NCBI GenBank assembly: GCA_965644315.1
Contig: CBFFRQ010000075.1
Location: forward strand, 1-64,000
Source: Caecitellus pseudoparvulus
Taxonomy: Eukaryota > Protista > Bigyra: Bicosoecida
Direction of reading: 5' to 3'
DNA: 64,000 bases
Positions within the stretch are counted from its first letter, which is position 1; each line of letters opens with the position of its first letter. A program made the translations under genes and the position numbers. This document shows positions 36,068 to 47,818 of the stretch, piece after piece. The notes under the pieces were generated by a model, which was not told the DNA's origin, ran no database searches, and saw only the letters and a program-made list of their open reading frames with translations.

Positions 36068-39000
36068 ATGGCGGCTGGCTCTCCTGGCATCGATTTGAAC
36101 TTGCTGAGCCAAGTTGTGGTCACGACGCTCAGTCCAGACGACAAAGCCCGGCGGCAAGTGGAGACACAGCTGCATGACGTGAGTGCAAGCTGTGTGGAAT
36201 GCCCAGCCCGATGTCATGACAGGGTAATGGGCGCCCTCTTTCACTGCGCAGGCCCGCGTGTTGCCAGGCTTTCTCCCGTCCCTGCTGGCCCTCATCACGC
36301 ACAAGGGTGCCAACCGCGACGTGAAGCAGACGGCCGCCCACGCGTTGCAGAACGCTGTCAAGCGGTACTGGCCTAACAATCCTCGGGAGCGCAGCCCCTT
36401 TTCCGATGCCGACAAGGCCTTTGTGCGGGGTAACATCGTGGCCGTGGTGCTGGGCGCCGACGTGCACAGCGTCATGGCCTTCGGCATCGAAACCATCGCG
36501 CACATTGTACTGGAGGACTTCCCCGACCGCTGGCAGGAGTTCCCTGCCCAGTTGGTTGAAGCGCTCAAGCAGCCGGACATCGGCGTGGTGTTCCGGGCTG
36601 CCAAGATCCTACGGCGCGTCAGCAAGATGTACCAGTACGCCTCGTCAGCCAGCGGCGAGCGCGCACCCTGGGAGATGCTCATCCAGGCTACCTTTCCCCA
36701 GCTTGCCGTCATCATGAAGCAGTGCATCACTTCCAACGCCCTGGACGCCGCAAATGTCATGCGGATGATCCTGAAGTGTTACTGGGGCGGCTTCAACCGC
36801 TGCCTGACTGGATACCTCGCCCAGCTGCCAGTGCTGACTGAGTGGATGGACTTGGTGAACACCTTGCTGGGGAAGTACCTGCCGGAAGCCAGTGAGGGGA
36901 AAGAGCCTGCTGGGCAGCCCACGGACCCCCACGATCGGTACAACTGGCCGTGGTGGAAGGTCAAGAAGTGGTGTGCCTGCATCATGGACCGCATGATGAA
37001 CCGGTACGGTACACCCGCCTGGACGACGGAGGGCACGGACACAGAGGCTGCTGCGAAGCTCTTCCACGACACCTTCGCGCCACAGGTGCTGAGCACTGTG
37101 TGGGGGAACATTCAGCTGCGGCTGCAGGGGCGGTACTGCACTGACCGGGTGTTCGTGCACTGCCTTTCGTACGTCAAGGTGGGGCTGGAGTTCGGCAGCT
37201 GCTGGTCGCAGCTGGAGGGAAGCAAGGGGGTCCTCCTGCAAGACGTCATCATCGCAACCCTGAAGTACAACGCGGCAGACGTGTCCCTCTGGACAGAGGA
37301 CCCAGACGAGTTCATCCGCACGTACTACTCCACCTTGGACGACTACTTCGACCCCCGCGTGGAGGTGAAGAACCTGCTGTGGTACCTGGTGGCAGCCCGC
37401 GGCAAGGCCTTCATGCCATACCTGCAGAGCACATTTGAGGCATTCTTGCAGCAGTACGCGGCACAGGCACCCGAAAGCAGGGACTGGACCGTGAAGGAGG
37501 CTGTGCTGGCCTGCCTGGAGTCCATCTCGGCAAAGTTCCTGGAGAACCAGGCGTACAGGGGCGGCGTGCCAGCCATGCTGGCTTCCTACGTTATCCCGGA
37601 GCTGCAGAGCCCCATCGGCCCCATGCGGGCGCGGGCGGCGAGCGTCATCGGCAAGTACGTCGGCGCTGCCTTTGATGCTGCCTCGTGGAAGGCCATCGTG
37701 ACGCAGATCATCAGCATGATGAAGGACTCCGAGGCAGTGGTGCAGTACGTCGCAGCAGCGACCTTCAACGCGCTGCTGCGCAACGTCACGACGGCAGACA
37801 TCATGCGGCCCATGGTCATGGAAATCCTGAACACCCTCTTCCAGCTGGTTGCGCGCTTCAAGGCGGATGAAATCGTGTCGGCACTCGCAGCGGTGTTCAC
37901 GACGTTCCCCGAGGAGTGCAACCCTCAAGGTCCAGCAGTGGTTGCGAAGCTGTGTGAGTTTTTCACACAGTTCTCCTACGCTGCTGCGAATACGAAGGAC
38001 GATGACGGAGACCACCTGGAGTTCGCGGCGCTGAACTGCCTGGGTGGCATCCGGGCAGTGATGGACCACACACAGTACACGCCCGAGCGCATGGCTTCCT
38101 TCATTTCCAGTGCTGGCACGCTGGCTGTGCGGTTGATGGACAAGGAGTCGGATCTGGTGCACTGGGACTACATCCAGGGTGCCATGGACTTCATCTACTC
38201 CATCGCCTTCAACACGCCCAAGGGCGGCTTCACTGCTGACCACTGGGTGCTGTTTGAGCATGCATGCTTCGCAACACTTTCCTACGGCAGCGACTTTGCT
38301 GACGTCTTCGCGTCGACAACTGACCCGTTCATCGTGAAGGACGTGGACACCCTGCTCACCCGCAAGGCAGGCTCCGTCGTTCCCTCCTTTGCCGGGCGCA
38401 CGATGGTGCAGCTGCTCTTCGACGTGCACAAGCACATGGTGAAGACGCAATCCGAAGACGAGATGGTGTACACCTCCCGGCCTCTCTGCAGCACGCTCCT
38501 CTCAGCCACAGGTGGGCGTGCTGACGCTCTCATTCCCGACATCCTTGACCACACCGCGCAGCTGATTTGTGACTTGGGACACGGCGTCAAGGCCAAGACG
38601 TCAGCTCTGCGCATTGCTGGTGCGTCCGCCATGGCGGCAGCCATGATGAACAACCCCACCCTGGTGGCCAGCTGGATGGAATCGAAGCAGGTTGCGCTGC
38701 CCGTGTTGGAGGCGTTCGTGTACTCGACGACGGAGGGGCTGTCCAGCTTGGACAAGAAAATGGCAGCTGCGGGGTTGGTTTCCCTGGCCAGCGTGCTGCC
38801 TGCCTCGTCGGCGCTTCTGCCCCAGGTCCTGGCCACAGCTGGCTTGCTGGCCTACCAGGAGGAGAATGGCTTGACTGGCGCCATGGTGGATGACGATGGG
38901 GACGAAGAGAGTGACGAGGAGGAGGCGAGCGGCACGGACGACGGTGCTATCGCCGCCTCAGGTGATGACTCGGGGCCTGTCGTCATTGGGGAAGTGGACT

Positions 39001-39323
39001 TGGCCGACACAGACAGTGTGGACCACACCATGGACCAAAAGATTCACGACGCAATTGAGGCCATGCCCATGGACGCTGGCCTGGGCATTTGGGATGTCGG
39101 CGTCAGTGAGGAGCGCATGGCCGCTAACACTGGCACCACTGTGATTTCTGAGTTGGATCTGCCCAAGGCTTTCTTTGGCATCATGAGCCAGGCGCATGTG
39201 AAGCCGCTCGTGCCGTCAATCATGGGCATGCTGCCTGACGACGAGACGCGTGTGGGGGTCAACAAAGTGTTCACGAAGGGAGAGGCCAGTGCATCAGGCA
39301 TCTCCACTGGTGCTGGCGTGTAA
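36068..39323 (+). CDS. Importin-7/8 (SAD2/Nmd5-like) importin-beta family
   Basis: ATG 36068, intron 36179-36251. It has an IBN_N-like start plus DFPDRW, WPWWKVKKW, LWTEDPDEFIR, MRARA and an acidic loop near the C-terminus. Confidence 0.85.
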
Positions 39324-39721
39324 CGTGTACCACAGCACGGCACGGGGTCGCAGGTGTGCGCATGGCCAATGCACTTGACTGTTTTTTGCATCATTCGCGG
39401 GACGCGTAAAAATAGACCCCACATCAGTCGTATCCGTCCCGCGCAACCGCAGCACTTCTCAACTGTCACCATCACCACCAATCGGAACACGTTGCGTCAC
39501 GCACCGTGTTTGTTGTGGGTTTGCGGAAAGTGAGTGTTTTGCTGTGCCTATGTCTGTGACGGGGTGACGCTTGGTGCCAAGCGGCAACGTGGCGAAGCTC
39601 CACCATCTGCCGCTCAGCCCAGTGCTGGGGGGAGCTGGAACCATCACAATGCTCTGCATGTTGGCCCTAGCATCAGTTGTGTGTGCCATTTTGGCGTGCT
39701 GCCCCTCGCCATTGCTGCTAG

Positions 39722-40321
<600 letters not shown>

Positions 40322-40517
40322 GCTTCCTCGCTCCTGGCTGCCTGGCTTCCCCCCAGGGGCTGCATGGCTTTGTTGAAATGCAGCATCACAGTTGCCGTGT
40401 GTAGTCAGTTTTACGCAGCCGGCACGTGCCGTCAACGGGTGGCTCGACCGCGCTGATTGCGCCTCGACCACTCCCTTTATCTGCATTTTAGTGTAGGGGG
40501 ACCGGTATGCGCTGGCC

Positions 40518-41174
40518 ATGGCAGACCAGAGCAAGGTTCGGCTGTTTGCGGTGGCCGTATGAAACGCCAGTGAAACGTCAATACGCCTCCCTGTGCAGAT
40601 AGACGAGCTGGAAGGGCGGGTGCGCGCCCTTAATCACGAGCTGTTTGAAGAACGGACAGAGCACTCCAAAGCAGTCGAAGCGCTTGCTCAAGCACAAGCC
40701 AAGGCGGAGCAGGCAGAGCACACATTGAGCCTGTGGCGTGAGGAGCAGAGGTTGGCGGCAGACGTGGCAGCTGCCAAGGATGAGCGCATCGCTTCACTGG
40801 AGCGGGAGCGTGACACAGCTGTGTTTCAAGCAGACTGCCTGCGTGGGGACATTGATGAGCTGCAACTTCGGCTTCGCAAAGCCCGCGCCGCCAGCGCCAG
40901 CTCAAAACCAGCTGTGCCACAGCCCGGCACACAGGGAGACGGCAGCAGACAAGGTGCACAGAGCACTGTACAGGCCGATCAAAAGGCACATAGGGCTCGG
41001 GAGGATGAGCTGCGCGCCGTGGCGCTGGCGTTTCAAGCCGCAGTCGCTGAGCTTCGAGCTGACCTGAGCGCTGCTGCCGAGTACGGTGCCGCCATGGCCA
41101 AGGAGAACAAGGCTCTGCGCGAGTCCATACATGTGCTGCACAGCAAGCTTGCACATGCGAAAGGGGCGTCGTAG
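40518..41174 (+). CDS. Small coiled-coil protein
   Basis: ATG 40518; phase-0 intron 40536-40598 joins a heptad-rich ORF. Confidence 0.55.
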
Positions 41175-41613
41175 GGCGAGGGTGAACGCAACGCAGATGC
41201 GAATGCCTCGGCATCGCGCCCACCAGTTGGATTATGAGCGGGACTCAAGAGTGGGTCGGAAGGCATGGCCGCATGCGCGTACTGTACCTGAGTGTGCCTG
41301 GTTCGCGAGACAGTCGCTGGGCTGCGTGATCGCCTGCTTGGCGCAGGTCCCTACACCACCTGCAGCAGCCGCCGTGCCACCGCAGACAGCTCGGCTGACA
41401 AATGTGCACAGCGCTCCGAAGCACAATACAACATCTGCCAAAGTAATCTGTTGTGTTTAGGGGTCTCTCGGCTGCCCCCATGCAGCCAGAGGTGGCTCGC
41501 ACCTGCGCAGCGGCACCATCTTCTCTGCCAAGTGCGGCAGTGAAGGTGCCACCACGCCCAGCTGCAAATCTCTGAGCCCCGTTGCGTGGAACCAAGCCAG
41601 CACCCGGTTCAGC

Positions 41614-44099
41614 ATGGCACGGGCAAACAGTGATGATAAAGTGCAGCTTCGGCACCTGCTCGTGCACCTGGGCCAATGGGCTGCCGAAGGGTGAGCCATC
41701 TTCGCCGCGAAGAGGACTTGGCAAGCCTTTTCCGCACTTCGCACGTTGCCGATCGCAGGGTTGTGACGGCGCAGCAGCAGCAGTTCATTGAGGCCCAGGT
41801 GAAGAAGCTAGCAGCTGATACCAGTTCCGTGGGCTGCAGCTCGACATCTGCAGATGCGCCAGCTCGGGGCTTGAGCGACTTAGGTCTGCCGCGAGGAATG
41901 TCCAGTGCAGCCAGCGTGGGCTCCATGTCTGTGGGCGTCGATGATGCTTCTGTGACAAGTGGCCCAGCCCATGAACTCGCCTCCCTCCGCCACCGCATGT
42001 GGCGCGCCCCGTCAGAGGATGAGCTGGGTGAAGCCAGCAGCGTCGTCCCTGCCGCTGCTCGCAGCGTGGTTTCTGAAGTCGTGCCTGACGAGGAGGCTAC
42101 CCCAGGCTGCATGCTGGGCGGCCTGGACGTCGTGGGGGAGGAAGTGGCGTCAGCAGGCGCCTCTGCTGGCAGTGCTGGCGCGCGTGAGGCCATGGGAGGC
42201 CACGACGTGGACTCGTCGGCCTCCTCCCTGCACAGCGAAGGGGAGGGGGAGGGGGGGTCCACCGACGGAGAGGAGGGAGGGGAGGTGGACGGGGACGATG
42301 GTGATGCAGGTGCATCCGTGGCCGTGCGGGCTCCCCGCCGCCGTCGTGGCGGTCGGTCTGCCCCCACCTCCCCCACCTCTGGCAGGCACGCCGCCAGCTC
42401 TGCCAGTGTGGGCATGCGAGGGGGGGACGAGGAGGGCTCGGAGGCTGACGTGGGGGACTGGGACTCGGCACACCCTGCTGGGCTGCAGGATCGGGATGAC
42501 GTGAACCCCTCTGACCATGAAGAGGAGGGGGAAGACATGGGCGCCAGTGACTTGAAGGGGGGCACCTTCGTCAGCTTCGAGGATGAGCACACCCTGGTGG
42601 ACATGGGCGCGGCGGATGCGCCGGGGGGCTCAGACAGCCCAGTGCAGTCGTACCCACCCCTCACTCGGGGTGCCTCCCTGGACGTACCGCTCCCTCTGCC
42701 GCCCCCCGCCTCCACGCCACTGACGTCTGTGCGCACCAGCACGGGCGCCGTCATCGACGGTGATGCCTTCAGCGTCGCCGGCACGTCAGTTGCTCGGGCT
42801 GGTGGTGGCAGCGTGCTGTGGGCCGACCTGATGCAGGATGAAGCAGAAAGCGCCGAGGGTGGCGGCGTGGACATCCAAGCTGTCACGGAGCCGACACCAG
42901 GCGGGCATGGTCCCAGCACCTCCATGCGCTCACTGCCTGGCTCCGACCCTGGCGCGAGCTGGCACACCAGCACGTCCCCCGCCCACCGCAGCTCTGCATC
43001 CCACGCCTCAGGGCGCAGCAGTGCATCCTCAGATGACGGGAGGACGCAGCACACTGGCCAGACCCGAGACCCGGCGGGCCTGGCGGTGCCGGCGCTGGGG
43101 GAGGGGGATGCCAGCACGGAGGGCAGCCAGCATGGGGCGCTGCCTGCGGAGCGGGCAGACAGCCACGCAGCCGTGGGCACAGTTGCAGACCAAGGCATCG
43201 TTGACCCTGAGGAGCATGCCTTGCTCGGGGACACGCCTCTCGAGGCGTACGACGAGACACGGGTGCTGTGGCGCAATGTTATGAACTGCAACGCCAGCAC
43301 GACTGCTGTGATGGAGGACGAGGGGGAGGCCGGGGCGTACTCGCAGGTGGGCCAACACACCCGAAATGCTGAGACTGAGCCGCACCTTGCCTCGGAGGCA
43401 GCCCGGCGCAGCCCCGTCTCCCCTCGACAGCAGCTGAGGTCTGCCAGGCCCATGCGGACACCTCCCCAGCCCGGCAGCAGCATCGCTCAGCGCTTCGCTC
43501 TGGTGCCATCTGCTCGTGGGGGCGGTGTCCTGGCCCCACCGCAAGCCACCACATCCTCGCCCCTGCTCGCGGTGGGGTCCATTCTGCCTCCTGCCCTGCC
43601 AGCCAGTTTGCGGGCTGTTGCCCCTGCCCTGAACATCTGGAGCCAGCCAGACGAAGATGAGGGGGAGGGTGACAGCACCAGTGCGGGGGGAGCAGGGCGT
43701 AGTCGGGACAGCGCCCCCAGCTCTGCCTCCGGCGGCGCCTTTGCACCTGGACCCCGCAGCCGACCCCGCTCGGCGCAGTCTGCGCCGGAGGTGGCGTCGT
43801 CTTTGGCTGCTGCCGGTTCAAAGCCCGGCTCTCGAGGAAGGCCGACGTCAGCGGTGTCCACCAGTCGCCCCCGGCCAGGGACAGCCCGCCCCGGCACTGC
43901 CACAGCTCGCCCCGTGTCTGCTACCTCCCGTCGAGTGGAGTCAGCCCGAGGCACCGCCTCGGCAGCTCCACCTGCCATGGCGCCAGGCATGCGCCCTGAA
44001 GCTTCAAGCAGACTGCAGCGCCAGCGACACACTCAGGGCCAGGACGCAGATGCTGCATTCCAGGCGGACTTCGACGCGGAGATTCCGGAGGTTCAGTGA
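41614..44099 (+). CDS. Hypothetical low-complexity protein with RPxSA/RPxTA motifs
   Basis: ATG 41614; intron 41691-41758 joins the 807-aa ORF in frame. The protein is acidic and Ser-rich, with RPRSA, RPTSA, RPGTA and RPVSA near the C-terminus. Confidence 0.55.
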
Positions 44100-46327
44100 A
44101 CGGCTGCCACGGCGTCCTCCACATCATCCACGCTGGTCGTCGTGCGTGTCAGCACGACAGCCCGCACAGTGCAGCGCCCAGGGTCGCTCACCGCCCACTC
44201 TGCCACTGCGCACGCCGGCCGGGAGTTATCTCGAATGTACAAGCTGTCGTAGCCCTCCCACGCGTTCCACCGCCCGGTGTGATCTGTGAACACCTTGCCC
44301 TGGGGCGTGTCGCAGTACACGGGGTCCCGCACTTTACCCTGCAGCTTGCACCTGCCCAGGCGCACACGGCACTGCAGCAGGATACCCACTGAGAATGACA
44401 GGGGGCCTTCTCCTGTCTCTGGGAAGGCCGCCACGACAGGGACGCCCGCGGCCTGAGCAGCGGCTTTCAGCGCTGGCACGTCGACGTCCACGCTCGCCTT
44501 GCGGGCTGAGAAGTTGAGGGCTTTGTCCATGCGGGCAAAGTACACCCCCATGCCCTGCATCTGGCACAGGCACATGCCCTGCTGACACGTGAGCTGCATC
44601 TTGCGGCAGACGGGCCGGCGGAATCCAGCGGCGACGATGCTGGTCGCAGCAGCCACACCGCACCCGTGGTACAGAATGATCTCGTTCTCACGACCAGCAG
44701 GGCCACCTCCCAGTCCGGGATGGTCAAGGAACATGTTGGGGCTCTGTAGCATGCTCAGCACAGGCTGCTTCACGAGGACCGGTGCTTGCGTGGGTGCGGC
44801 GTCGGCGGCAGGGGCGCTGCACACAGCTGTCTCGGAGACGCAAGCCCACTGCGGCGGGTCAGTCGAGGGCGGCTGCGGCAGGTCCCCGCACGTGTACCGA
44901 ATGCAGCCTAAGCGTGCCAGTGCGTCCAGGTCCACCAAGAACACCTGCACGGCGCTGATGCCAGAGGTGCGTGCCGCCCACTGCTCCGCAGCGGCCTCAT
45001 CCACCGCCCGGAAGCCCAGAACGTCCCCCTCAAAGGCGGAGAAATGTGCCGCCCCCCCTGCTTGTGCGGCAGGGGTCCCACTGCGTGTCTTGCCGGGCAT
45101 GAGCATGGGGTCCCTGCGACCGCTTGCTGGGGCGGCTGCAGTGCCTGCAGGGGACGGACCAGCCCCCCCCGCAGTGGAGCCAGCCAAGCCCCGCATGGCC
45201 AGCACCGCCGAGCAGAAGCGCTCCAAGGTCAGCTCTTCCTTCACAGCGAACGGCGTGTCGCGCAGGGCTCGCCACGCCGTCACCTCTGGCTTGTGCTCGT
45301 CGTGGTCGGGTGCGGCTTGGGTCTTGCCGCCCAAGAGGCCGGCCTCCAGTCGCCCTTGACTGCCCACAGATGCTTTCATCAGGAAGCTGAACTGTCCCCT
45401 GAACTTTTCAGGGCGCAGCATGGCCCCAATGGTGACGTCTTCGCGCCAATCCCCTGGGGGGGAGCGGCACCACGCGGGCGGGGTGGGGCAAGCGCCGAGG
45501 GCAGGCACAGTCTCCCCCTCGCCGCCCGGCACGCCGGAAGTGTGAAGGACTCCCTTGCCCCATCGTTGCACGGTGCTCGGCGGCGCCACAGCGGATGTGA
45601 ACTTGGGGTCCAGCAGCATGGGTAGGGCAGTTCCCTGCACGGGTCCAAGTCTGCAGTGCCACGAGCGAAGTAAGAGCAGGGCAGAGCAGGGATGTCCCTG
45701 CGACCCCCAAAGAGCTCCATCTGCAAGGTGCACGACGGCACGGCCTCGCCTCGCTTCCTCGTCCAGGCGCCGGCGCCTTCGGATCCGCTCGGCGCACTGC
45801 TGGGGGGTCGGGCAAGTCGCCCAGGCAGGGGCGCCGCTGCCCAGCCTCGCCCTCCAATTGGCCATGCACTGCAAGGCGAGATCCAGCTCTTCCTGGGTGA
45901 TGGGGCTACTACTGAAGCTGGTGAGAGCGGCCTTCTTTTCCTCACGGGGCTTCAGCCGCTCACCCATGTCAGCTCGGTCTGGCCGCCCCAGCAGCATGAC
46001 ATGCAGGGTGCGGTGTGTAGTGATGGGTTGTTGCGAACCTGCCCCTGAGCTGTTTGTGGGCATTCTGTATTCTCTGCTGGTGTCTTGTCCCAGGCCCAGC
46101 ACCAGTCCTACGGCGTACACACGCGTGCCAGACTTGTTGCCGACGCAAACGCGCACGAAACTCCCTGCTGCGTACACCTTCAGCAAAGGATGCTGCGCCC
46201 AGAGACTCAGCATCAACGGGTTCAACTGCAGCATTTGCACATCCCGAAGGGTCAGGGTGCCTGGTGCAGTCTCCACCTCAGTCCCGTCTTCTTCAGTTCT
46301 GCGTCGCTTCACGTCGCGGGAAGCCAT
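44093..46327 (-). CDS. Plus3 domain + Gig2/PARP-like ADP-ribosyltransferase fusion
   Basis: Probable ATG at 46327 (MASRDVKRRR, NLS-like). Plus3-like segment: LRDVQMLQL..LWAQHP..GSFVRVCVG..RVYAV..FSSSPITQEEL. ART motifs: ILYHG..SIVAAGF, GMGVYFA, LLQCRVRLG, GYDSL, EWAVSDP. Confidence 0.7.
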   Translation of the reverse strand: MASRDVKRRRTEEDGTEVETAPGTLTLRDVQMLQLNPLMLSLWAQHPLLKVYAAGSFVRVCVGNKSGTRVYAVGLVLGLGQDTSREYRMPTNSSGAGSQQPITTHRTLHVMLLGRPDRADMGERLKPREEKKAALTSFSSSPITQEELDLALQCMANWRARLGSGAPAWATCPTPQQCAERIRRRRRLDEEARRGRAVVHLADGALWGSQGHPCSALLLLRSWHCRLGPVQGTALPMLLDPKFTSAVAPPSTVQRWGKGVLHTSGVPGGEGETVPALGACPTPPAWCRSPPGDWREDVTIGAMLRPEKFRGQFSFLMKASVGSQGRLEAGLLGGKTQAAPDHDEHKPEVTAWRALRDTPFAVKEELTLERFCSAVLAMRGLAGSTAGGAGPSPAGTAAAPASGRRDPMLMPGKTRSGTPAAQAGGAAHFSAFEGDVLGFRAVDEAAAEQWAARTSGISAVQVFLVDLDALARLGCIRYTCGDLPQPPSTDPPQWACVSETAVCSAPAADAAPTQAPVLVKQPVLSMLQSPNMFLDHPGLGGGPAGRENEIILYHGCGVAAATSIVAAGFRRPVCRKMQLTCQQGMCLCQMQGMGVYFARMDKALNFSARKASVDVDVPALKAAAQAAGVPVVAAFPETGEGPLSFSVGILLQCRVRLGRCKLQGKVRDPVYCDTPQGKVFTDHTGRWNAWEGYDSLYIRDNSRPACAVAEWAVSDPGRCTVRAVVLTRTTTSVDDVEDAVAAVH

Positions 46328-46645
46328 CGCCGATGACTTTGGCTTGAGACCTGCAGTACTTGCCCGCGATGATGCGCCTGGCACCGCGGACACAGCACAG
46401 TGTCCCGGGAGTGTGTACTCCACACTAACGAGCAGATACTTTCGCGCGAGGGTTTTGTTTGAGCGGTGCTTTCTTGTTGCTTGAGACTGCGACGGCGCTG
46501 GCTTGGCCAACTCCCGGCAAAATCTCCAGTCCACAAGGAAAAGAGGCCGTGCATTCTACCACTCAGGGCGCCTTCATCGTAGTGCCCTCACCCACACGTG
46601 GTCAGGTTCCTTCACGTGGGCTTCCCAGGCTCACTGTTACCAGCC

Positions 46646-47636
46646 ATGGCTTCAGACGGCAGCAGTCCCGCTGCCCCCAGCAGCATGTCAGCAAAGGAAG
46701 CTGCACCCTGGGAGGCTGTGCGTGGAATTCAAGACGGGATCAACGCGGTGTACGGCGCGTGGGAAATCAAGACGAGGAGGGGCCCCATCGCCGACAAGCC
46801 CCGCATGGAGAAGTGCGTTTCGCGAGGGTTTCGACTGCTTGCTGCTAGTACACACGTGCACCCACGCGCTTTCCAGGCTGACTGCGGACCTGGGATTCGA
46901 TCCTCCCGAGATGGTCTTCACCAGCAGTTTCCTGAGCCTGGAGAACAAGTCAACTGGCTTGACTCTGCGACTGTCTGCCGCCGACGCCCTGGCGCAGGTG
47001 CTGCCAGCAGGTGAGCGGCCTGTGCAGGTGGCAGCCGCTAAACACTGGCAGTCTGCAAACACAACCGTTGTTGAGACCGCTCTCCGGACTGAGGAAGATT
47101 CTGGCACGGGCCCGTCGCACGATTGGACCTTCACTACCGGGTACAGAGGCACCCTTGGAGTGGAGAGCAGCCAGGCAGCCTCAGGCTCACGCCTGGACGT
47201 TGCTGAGAGTGCCGATGGCATTGATTACGCCCTACTGAGCGACAAGCACGTGCCCATTGAGCACTATGACGATGTGGACCTGTTCGAAAGCGAGCTGGAC
47301 GACAACGGGCAGAGCAGGTTCCACGTGAAAGTCAGGTGCATGCCAGACCGCACGTACATCCTGGCCAGGTTCTGGCTGCGTGTGGACAAGGTGCTGCTGC
47401 GCGCCCACGAGACCCGCATTTGGTGTGAGCACTCCCGAGACGAGCTTGTGCGGGAGTACTGCGAGAAGGAAGCTGCATGGTCCCAGCTCAAAGCGGAAGG
47501 GCACATCTCGATGCGGGACACGACCCTGGCCAAGAAGCCTGACATGGCAAGCCCCCTGTTAACCAAGTCACTCACTGTCAAAGAGCGGATCAGCGTCAAG
47601 CCAACAGGCTGTCCATCGGCTGCTGCGCCTGAGTAG
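46646..47636 (+). CDS. TIPRL: TIP41/TIPRL-like PP2A regulator
   Basis: ATG 46646, one intron at about 46813-46876. Motifs: PPEMVF, HDWTFTT, LFESELDDNG, KVRCMP, RFWLRVD. Confidence 0.9.
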
Positions 47637-47818
47637 AGGCTGGGAAGGTACGCGGTCCCTCAGTCCATCGGCTCACGGCCGGTCAATTGCATGGCACACA
47701 AATCCAATTCAATGGAGAACGAAGAGAACATGTGGGGATTAGTATTTTCCACCACCTGCCACAGGTGCGCATTCTAAGCTGGTCTTGTTGCCGAGCAGCG
47801 TGCGGAAATCGGTGTCGC

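Noticed and set aside
39685-39695. GCCATTTTGGC match to the dinoflagellate spliced-leader core upstream of RPS27A
   Set aside because: The match is only 11 nt and the flanks differ. The gene structure (short canonical introns, dense genes) is not dinoflagellate-like. It may be chance or a promoter motif.
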